Source of the DNA: Thalassavirus gary
Lineage: Duplodnaviria; Heunggongvirae; Uroviricota; Caudoviricetes; Demerecviridae
DNA: 46,312 bases
Virus record (IMG/VR): IMGVR_UViG_2974784677_000001
Strand: one strand, 5' to 3'
This document shows positions 1 to 5,389 of the stretch, piece by piece (positions within the stretch are counted from its first letter, which is position 1; each line of letters starts with the position of its first letter). The translations under genes and the position numbers were made by a program. The notes below the pieces were generated by a model that saw only the letters and a program-made list of their open reading frames with translations, was not told the DNA's origin and made no database searches.

Positions 1-12
1 CCATATATCGCA

Positions 13-233
13 TTCGCACCTAGATTTCGCACCCACCCCAATCCTGGCCATGCCTTGCTGCACGCAGCTGGACTCGGCCAAATTTTTGGAGCAATCGGAT
101 TCGCACCTGCAGGCGCCTGACCAAATAGCAGAAAATATAAAACTCAAAATGCATCGAATCGGCACCTAATTTATAATAGAATTTGCACCTACTGCCATGT
201 AATCATCGAATTTGCACTTGTCGGATTTGCACC
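13..233 (+). repeat. Seven dispersed copies of a TTYGCACC-like motif
   Basis: ttcgcacc 13-20, 26-33, 100-107; tcggcacc 159-166; tttgcacc 182-189, 226-233; tttgcact 211-218. Confidence 0.8.
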
Positions 234-259
234 CAGGCGCAGGAGGGACGTCCGGAGCT

Positions 260-347
260 CTATACGTCTATCCTTCCAGACTTCTATCCATCCAGACTTC
301 TAGCCATCTATCCTTCTATCCATCTAGCCGTCTAGACTTCTATCCTT
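260..347 (+). repeat. Degenerate 8-bp tandem array, 11 units
   Basis: ctatacgt ctatcctt ccagactt ctatccat ccagactt ctagccat ctatcctt ctatccat ctagccgt ctagactt ctatcctt, in exact 8-bp phase. Confidence 0.9.
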
Positions 348-359
348 CCGTATGCCCTA

Positions 360-375
360 CTGTAAAGGTTTACAG
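360..375. promoter_or_regulatory. LexA (SOS) box
   Basis: (ta)CTGT-AAAGGTTT-ACAG(ta) matches CTGT-N8-ACAG with canonical TA flanks. Confidence 0.7.
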
Positions 376-422
376 TACACCATTCTGTATAAAATTTTAC
401 CTTATGCCGTCCCGTATAAAAT

Positions 423-439
423 ATGGCACGATTCTTGCT
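423..439 (+). promoter_or_regulatory. sigma54 (RpoN) -24/-12 site
   Basis: aTGGCACG-attc-TTGCT; GG at 425-426 and GC at 437-438, separated by the canonical 10 nt. Confidence 0.6.
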
Positions 440-449
440 TATTAAAAAG

Positions 450-520
450 TTATCCACAACTGTATATTTATACATCGCTCTAAAACGCTCTATACAGAGT
501 TATCCACAACCTTATCCACC
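450..520 (+). promoter_or_regulatory. DnaA box cluster (left)
   Basis: TTATCCACA 450-458 and 500-508; TTATCCACC 512-520. Confidence 0.75.
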
Positions 521-545
521 GCAAAACCACTGTATATTTATACAG
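460..545. promoter_or_regulatory. Two LexA boxes
   Basis: CTGTATATTTATACAG 530-545 (perfect); CTGTATATTTATACAT 460-475 (one mismatch). Confidence 0.7.
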
Positions 546-740
546 GGCTTATGTCGCAGCATATTATTTCGAATACCGTTTCTAGCGCCTCCTAGCCTCA
601 CCACGACGTTTTAAGCCTTTTAGGGTACTATGGCCTACCCTATCCTACACGCCCATAGCGCCATGTAACACTAGCACGACTTTTACGTGCTGCCGGAGCG
701 GCGCGGTTTTACAGAATGGTGTACGGTAAACGGGTAAACA

Positions 741-768
741 AAACGGCGTCACTTTTCGGTGACGCTGT
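741..768 (-). terminator. Rho-independent terminator of the minus-strand pre-early operon
   Basis: Minus strand acagcgtcac-cgaaaa-gtgacgccgt followed by tttgttt, just after the 775 stop. Confidence 0.7.
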
Positions 769-774
769 AACAGT

Positions 775-1011
775 TTAATTTATTTGGTATTTGGCACGCT
801 CTAGGATCGAAATTGCGTCATCAATTAGATTGCTTGCCGCTTCAGTATCGTGCTCAAACGGGGCGGTATTACTGACAGTTAAGTAAATAAACTGTATGGC
901 CGCCGCACTATCAGGATCTTGCTCTAGAGTAGGATCACTCGCTCTAGCTTCATGTAGCAGCCATTTAACATGCTCGAAAAAATCCGAATCGACCAAATAT
1001 TGTTTATCCAT
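775..1011 (-). CDS. Pre-early hypothetical protein, acidic (78 aa)
   Basis: ATG ORF, last in a co-oriented cluster and followed by a terminator; 15 D/E vs 5 K/R. Confidence 0.75.
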   Translation of the reverse strand: MDKQYLVDSDFFEHVKWLLHEARASDPTLEQDPDSAAAIQFIYLTVSNTAPFEHDTEAASNLIDDAISILERAKYQIN

Positions 1012-1065
1012 TTTACACCACCCAAATCATTGCAATTAAAAGTACGATGTCCAGTAAATCAATTT

Positions 1066-1290
1066 TCATCGTGGTTCAAAGTCCCGTACTATTTCTAGAA
1101 ATTCACGGATTGTAATTCCATCACACCGAATTTCCTCATCGGAGTGTTGAGTATGACGTACTGTAAACTTGTCATACTCTACTTGCTCGATTTCATCTAC
1201 TAGCACACCTTTATAGTATAAACCACGTTGTTTGTGTGCCTCATACACTTGTTGCAAAAATGATACTAACATTTCACTAGGTCTTAACAT
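1066..1290 (-). CDS. Pre-early hypothetical protein (74 aa)
   Basis: RBS GGAGG upstream of ATG; co-oriented cluster. Confidence 0.75.
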   Translation of the reverse strand: MLRPSEMLVSFLQQVYEAHKQRGLYYKGVLVDEIEQVEYDKFTVRHTQHSDEEIRCDGITIREFLEIVRDFEPR

Positions 1291-1292
1291 GG

Positions 1293-1469
1293 TTAAACCT
1301 CCACCGGATAAAGTTTGTTTACTACAGCGTACGCCGTACCGTTTTCATCTTGCCACACTTGACCAAATTCATTAGTTTCTACATGCTTCAAAATCATAGG
1401 CACAATATGACCATTATGCATAATATTGCACATCCAAGTTTGTCCTAGTGTCATAACGTGAACGCTCAT
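1293..1469 (-). CDS. Pre-early hypothetical protein (58 aa, MSVHVMTLGQTWMCN...YPVEV); not in ORF track
   Basis: Translated by hand; fills the gap, ATGA overlap with the upstream ORF, and its 3' end carries the RBS of the next gene. Confidence 0.65.
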   Translation of the reverse strand: MSVHVMTLGQTWMCNIMHNGHIVPMILKHVETNEFGQVWQDENGTAYAVVNKLYPVEV

Positions 1470-1573
1470 TTTAAAATCACCAAAATTTTATTATAGTCCA
1501 TACGTACCGTAAAAAACGGTTTGCCGTTTCTAGCAGCCCATAGCAAAGCAGTTGCATAGTTATCAAATTCCAT
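1466..1573 (-). CDS. Pre-early hypothetical peptide (35 aa, MEFDNYATALLWAARNGKPFFTVRMDYNKILVILK); not in ORF track
   Basis: Starts 1 nt after the upstream stop (TAG T ATG) and ends in an ATGA overlap with the next ORF. Confidence 0.55.
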   Translation of the reverse strand: MEFDNYATALLWAARNGKPFFTVRMDYNKILVILK

Positions 1574-1574
1574 A

Positions 1575-1805
1575 CTAATAATGTGTCGGTAGGTTAAGTC
1601 TTAACAATCCATTGCGAACACCAAAACATAGGTGCTTAGATTCTACAGGTTCAAGCTCGCAAGGGTAGCACATAAAAGACTCACCGCAAAAAACATACGG
1701 GGATACTACAGAAATATAACTCCCGTCAATGGCTACAATAACACCACATTTGCCGTTAGTATCTTTGCAGCGACCTTTTACTTTTACAATTTGGTTAACT
1801 TTCAT
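1575..1805 (-). CDS. Pre-early hypothetical protein (76 aa)
   Basis: ATG ORF in the co-oriented cluster; N-terminus is SH3/KOW-like in pattern (VKVKG...GVIVAIDG). Confidence 0.7.
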   Translation of the reverse strand: MKVNQIVKVKGRCKDTNGKCGVIVAIDGSYISVVSPYVFCGESFMCYPCELEPVESKHLCFGVRNGLLRLNLPTHY

Positions 1806-1876
1806 TTAAGGGTACTCCGTAGGGTAAAGGGTACGTATGCCGTACCCTAAAGCCGTTAACACAATGATTACACTAA

Positions 1877-2179
1877 TCATGCCAATTCTCGAATCATATC
1901 ACGTAATAAATCGGCGTCCGCATCATTGCAGTATATAAACCCGTAACCGTTACCACCGTCATGTGGGGCAACTTCTTTTAATACTTGAGATACAGTATGG
2001 TGTTTTGCTAGTATGCCTGTTTTTATACAGTGTAGCGTTCGCTTCCCTAGCAAGTCACCAGATTTTTGTAGTGTGATTTCTCCATCACTCCATAACTGGT
2101 ACACCATACCGTTTCGTGCTGCTAGGTCGTCGTTGTTAGCAGATACAAATTTTTCTGTTAATTCTGTAATAGTAATCAT
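1877..2179 (-). CDS. Pre-early hypothetical protein (100 aa)
   Basis: RBS GAGG; co-oriented cluster. Confidence 0.75.
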   Translation of the reverse strand: MITITELTEKFVSANNDDLAARNGMVYQLWSDGEITLQKSGDLLGKRTLHCIKTGILAKHHTVSQVLKEVAPHDGGNGYGFIYCNDADADLLRDMIRELA

Positions 2180-2194
2180 CGCTAATACCTCGTA

Positions 2195-2515
2195 TTATAT
2201 CCCTAGCCAGCCGTTTTCGAATCGTGCGCCCTCAAAAATAGCCCACCATGTTAACAAGTCAGCCCTAGCGTATTGGTACAGCATACCGCCATTAGTCGCG
2301 CCATTAGCAAAAGCTATAGCATACGCTAAAACTTTAGCTTTTAACACGTCCTCGACATCATTAAAAAGGCTGATATTTCGAGTAATTTCGAAATGGTATT
2401 CTTTGTTGCTCAAAAAGCATTGAGCCATTTCTAGACGTTTACTCATTGGAGTATCTGCGTTCAGTTGGTACGCTGTACTGATTTTTGGTTGTTCTAAAAA
2501 TTGTTGGTATGACAT
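2195..2515 (-). CDS. Pre-early hypothetical protein (106 aa)
   Basis: RBS GAGG, with a promoter directly upstream. Confidence 0.75.
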   Translation of the reverse strand: MSYQQFLEQPKISTAYQLNADTPMSKRLEMAQCFLSNKEYHFEITRNISLFNDVEDVLKAKVLAYAIAFANGATNGGMLYQYARADLLTWWAIFEGARFENGWLGI

Positions 2516-2558
2516 TTTGTTGCCCTCGCTTAAAGCGGTAATTATTGTCTAGGTCTTA

Positions 2559-2587
2559 ATAATACCAAAACCTAGACATGGTGTAAA
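2559..2587 (-). promoter_or_regulatory. sigma70-type pre-early promoter
   Basis: TTTACA-17 bp-TATTAT on the minus strand; -10 flanked by inverted repeat tgtctagg/cctagaca. Confidence 0.65.
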
Positions 2588-2605
2588 GTGATTTAGGTCA
2601 CACTT

Positions 2606-2914
2606 TTAAACGGGGTTATAATCAATTTGATCGATACCAATTTCACGCCATACCATAGACTTATCATCATAGCCCCAACCGTCTAGAAGCTCAAGAATTG
2701 CGCTACGTTCACGGCGGTCATATAAACCCAAGATATGCATCTCATCGTTATAGATAGTTACACCATAGGCAGGATGAACAACCATAATGATAGATTCATC
2801 ATTATCAAGATACCATAGAGTTTCACTAGGATCTTCAACTATATTATTTAGCGGTAGGGCGTCCAGTATAGTATCTAGACTGAGTAACAAAGTTTTTTCT
2901 TTTAGGTTAAACAT
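2606..2914 (-). CDS. Pre-early hypothetical protein, acidic (102 aa)
   Basis: Start moved to ATG 2914 behind GGAGG; 20 D/E vs 7 K/R. Confidence 0.75.
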   Translation of the reverse strand: MFNLKEKTLLLSLDTILDALPLNNIVEDPSETLWYLDNDESIIMVVHPAYGVTIYNDEMHILGLYDRRERSAILELLDGWGYDDKSMVWREIGIDQIDYNPV

Positions 2915-3203
2915 TTTTAACAACCTCCGCAACAACTACTTTCACGGGTACTACTTGAGTGCTACTATCAATATAGTGGTCGTGGCGTACGTCACCATAT
3001 TCCGGTAACACCATATTAGTTGTTTTGGGTACTAGTGGCACGAAAAAGATGTCGTTGTCATCTTCACTATATACACACACCGCAACTAGAACATTTTTAA
3101 TATCTAGTTCATCGCCATACCTAACAAAAGCATCCCCAAATTTTAACGTATCCGCTTGGATGCACTCATGCTCACTTTTATGATTCTCAACAGTTACAAA
3201 CAT
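2907..3203 (-). CDS. Pre-early hypothetical protein (98 aa)
   Basis: RBS GGAG; overlaps the downstream start. Confidence 0.75.
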   Translation of the reverse strand: MFVTVENHKSEHECIQADTLKFGDAFVRYGDELDIKNVLVAVCVYSEDDNDIFFVPLVPKTTNMVLPEYGDVRHDHYIDSSTQVVPVKVVVAEVVKNV

Positions 3204-3265
3204 TTAACATCTCCAGTAAGGGTAAAAACCAACCAATAGGGCTAAACAAAACGCTACACTGCAAA

Positions 3266-3388
3266 CTAGTTCAAGCATGTTATACCTACCTTATTAAGTA
3301 GTTTATCAAGTGTCGCAGCACTAGCAACAAATTCGCCAGTTTCAATACTGACACACCACCAAATAACATCAAAAAACATACGGTACAT
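3266..3388 (-). CDS. Pre-early hypothetical peptide (40 aa, MYRMFFDVIWWCVSIETGEFVASAATLDKLLNKVGITCLN); not in ORF track
   Basis: GGAGGG RBS and a promoter immediately upstream; translated by hand. Confidence 0.6.
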   Translation of the reverse strand: MYRMFFDVIWWCVSIETGEFVASAATLDKLLNKVGITCLN

Positions 3389-3417
3389 TGTTTCGCCCTC
3401 CTATTGGGTAGGACTTA

Positions 3418-3446
3418 ATCATACTAAATCTAGGCCAAAAGTCTAA
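3418..3446 (-). promoter_or_regulatory. sigma70-type pre-early promoter
   Basis: TTAGAC-17 bp-TATGAT on the minus strand; shares extended sequence with the 2559-2587 promoter. Confidence 0.6.
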
Positions 3447-3551
3447 TAACATTTAGCTATATCCACCAGCAAAACGATGCCCAGGCGTTATAAGCGCTGT
3501 AAGCCGTTATAAGAGGTTCTAGCAAAAAGCCTTGTTTTAGTATGCCTTACT

Positions 3552-3718
3552 TGTGTATAACCACTCACAACGGATTCTAGAGCCTAGGAACGCCATTCTA
3601 TATCGGATAAGCTGTGATTTAGTGTAGATAAGATCCGTTTTCCTGTTAGTATGTTGTGGATAACCAGTAGATATACAGTATTATTAGAACTTGCTAATGT
3701 GCATAAGTCTGTGTATAA
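3552..3718 (-). promoter_or_regulatory. DnaA box cluster (right, opposite orientation)
   Basis: TGTGTATAA 3552-3560, TGTGGATAA 3655-3663, TGTGTATAA 3710-3718; all match TTATNCACA on the minus strand. Confidence 0.75.
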
Positions 3719-3925
3719 AAAGTTGGCACGAAAATTTCCTAATATATAAATCAAGAAATATTTTGCTATATAATATAACTAGAAATTCTTTGACAAGCTC
3801 AAAAATCTATGAATCGAGCTATGCACAAAAGTGACTAAATATGCAGTTTTTTAACTAAAAGTGCATAAACGATTTAAATGAACTCGACTACAGGGTAGGG
3901 CTAAAATTGCTTAGAATCGCATACA

Positions 3926-3963
3926 GAGCGTTTTAGAGCTATGTATAAATATACAGTGGTTTT
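3926..3963. repeat. Inverted copy of the 459-490 and 523-544 elements, containing a LexA-like box (3941-3956)
   Basis: 3926-3957 is the reverse complement of 459-490 at 31/32; 3942-3963 is the reverse complement of 523-544 at 22/22. Confidence 0.9.
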
Positions 3964-3967
3964 CAAG

Positions 3968-3984
3968 TTGGCATGGTTATTGCT
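3968..3984 (+). promoter_or_regulatory. sigma54 (RpoN) -24/-12 site
   Basis: TTGGCATG-gtta-TTGCT with GG-N10-GC spacing; a near-match TTGGCACG-aaaa-TTTC lies at 3723-3738. Confidence 0.55.
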
Positions 3985-4169
3985 ACGTGCGCGTTTCTAT
4001 TTATATTTATAGCCCTAGGTTATATTAGTAATTACTATATTAGAAACGCCTCGATTAATAAAATTTATCGTCACGATAAAAACGTTTTGTTAGACTATAA
4101 TCCTAGATTCGCTATTATATACCCATACCGCAACAACACGGCGGGACAGAAAAGCTGAAAAGCTTCTCG

Positions 4170-4218
4170 AAAAAAGTTGAAAAAAGTTGTTGACACACTA
4201 AGCGGCTTTTGAGATACT
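4170..4218 (+). promoter_or_regulatory. Strong pre-early promoter of the A2-A1-dmp operon
   Basis: A-tract UP element, TTGACA 4190-4195, 17 bp, TG-n-GATACT 4213-4218. Confidence 0.75.
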
Positions 4219-4224
4219 AACAAC

Positions 4225-4249
4225 GTCCCCAAGGGGGCACGCTCTTTAA
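4225..4249 (+). promoter_or_regulatory. Hairpin (boxB-like) followed by boxA antitermination element
   Basis: gtccc-caag-ggggc hairpin 4225-4238, then CGCTCTTTAA 4240-4249 (cf. rrn TGCTCTTTAA, lambda CGCTCTTA). Confidence 0.6.
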
Positions 4250-4424
4250 GGCAGTAAGACGGAATGCAGTGATGCATCGAATGCCTAGACAATTTGGAAA
4301 ATGCGATTTGACCCATTGCTTACTTGATTGGATTGTTTGAGTATTAACCGTTAGCCGATTCATAGCGAGTCGGTTAACTGAGAAATACTCTCATTTAAAA
4401 CTAACCTATTAAGAGGAAAATATC

Positions 4425-4862
4425 ATGGCTAAGAAATGGACAGAAGAAATGGCGGAAAAAGCAGCAACTCTTTACACTGCTAAACTTGAAGCTGAAGGTA
4501 AAGAAGCGGCAGCACATACCGATTTTCTTGATACCATTGCGGTAGAAGTCGAGGCTGTATCAGGTAAAGCGGTTCGCTCAAAACTAACTGTTATGGGTGT
4601 TTACCAAAAACCGGACGCCGTTGCAAGTGTAGCTAAAACGAACACTGTACGTAAAGAACACTATGTACGTGCTCTAGCTCATACGCTTGGTTTAGATGCT
4701 GATGATTTAGACAGCTTGAAAAACGCTAAAATGTCAGCCCTAGCCGATTTAGCTCAAGCGATTGGTATCACTGACATTCAAGCAGCAAGCGCAAAAAATT
4801 ACGAACCGGATTTAGAAAAGGTTTGTGAAGCTTTCGAAAATGCCCGTGGTCTAGACCTATAA
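4425..4862 (+). CDS. A2: A2 protein (pre-early DNA-binding protein, second-step transfer)
   Basis: KWTEE..., VRSKLT...YQK and RKEHYVRALA motifs resemble T5 A2; synteny with A1 and dmp; GAGG RBS. Confidence 0.85.
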   Translation: MAKKWTEEMAEKAATLYTAKLEAEGKEAAAHTDFLDTIAVEVEAVSGKAVRSKLTVMGVYQKPDAVASVAKTNTVRKEHYVRALAHTLGLDADDLDSLKNAKMSALADLAQAIGITDIQAASAKNYEPDLEKVCEAFENARGLDL

Positions 4863-4875
4863 CCAACGCCTAAAC

Positions 4876-4937
4876 AATTAGGGGGAATTATCCCCCTAAT
4901 TTACAGTGTAAATTTAAACAAGTTTACACTGTAAATT
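4876..4937 (+). terminator. Two adjacent perfect hairpins after A2 (terminator or processing sites)
   Basis: aattaggggg-aattat-ccccctaatt 4876-4901; 15-bp stem aatttacagtgtaaa / tttacactgtaaatt 4898-4937. Confidence 0.6.
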
Positions 4938-4961
4938 AACCCATAAATGGAGAGTAAAACA

Positions 4962-5315
4962 ATGGCTAAGATTAGTATTAAATCACTGTTAAACAACGGC
5001 AGCGCAAAACAAGAACTACAAAACAAAGTTGAAAAACTAACAGGTGTTAGTTTTAATTGGCGTCCAAATAGCCGTATTTCTGGGCGTACACTTCAAGCCG
5101 TCATTGATTTAGCGGAGTATAGAACACCGCTATTCAATGAAAGTGAAATTAATTCACTACGCTATGAAAACAAAGCAGCAAAAACAGTAGTTATGGGGAT
5201 GTTGTGTGAAGCTCTAGAAATCAGCGACCTAGAACAACGTAAAGCAATTATGACGATTGCGAGTTGTTCAAGTGCAGATGATTTTGTTACTAAAGTTCTA
5301 TTCATGTTTGTATAA
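4962..5315 (+). CDS. Pre-early hypothetical protein (117 aa)
   Basis: Start moved to ATG 4962 behind GGAGAG; lies between A2 and A1. Confidence 0.8.
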   Translation: MAKISIKSLLNNGSAKQELQNKVEKLTGVSFNWRPNSRISGRTLQAVIDLAEYRTPLFNESEINSLRYENKAAKTVVMGMLCEALEISDLEQRKAIMTIASCSSADDFVTKVLFMFV

Positions 5316-5389
5316 CGGGACAAAATATTCTAGGGCATTCTAGCGAGTGCCTTAGTTAATATTTTTAACCGCAAAAGCGAGTATATACA

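Larger units (their letters stand above)
368..731. repeat. 22-bp inverted repeat (368-389 / 710-731)
   Basis: gtttacagtacaccattctgta vs reverse complement of tacagaatggtgtacggtaaac, 21/22 identical. Confidence 0.85.

Noticed and set aside
260-347. CRISPR or mini-array interpretation of the repeats
   Set aside because: 8-bp units with no spacers, and no cas genes
212-614. ORFs 212-445 and 423-614 (+)
   Set aside because: They are translations of the 8-bp array and binding-site cassette, with TTG or no-RBS starts and low-complexity products
1632-3008. Plus-strand ORFs 1632-1850, 2013-2423 and 2787-3008
   Set aside because: Antisense shadows of well-supported minus-strand genes
3748-3760. IHF-like site aatcaagaaatat
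   Set aside because: Fails the TTR part of WATCAA-N4-TTR; likely chance in AT-rich DNA
3830-3867. ArgR-like box agtgactaaatatgcagt
   Set aside because: Two mismatches and no properly spaced second box, in a very AT-rich context
3973-4316. ORFs 3973-4158 (+) and 4095-4316 (-)
   Set aside because: No RBS, and they overlap regulatory elements (sigma54 site, A2 promoter, boxA). The hydrophobic start of 3973-4158 reflects AT-richness; not fully excluded
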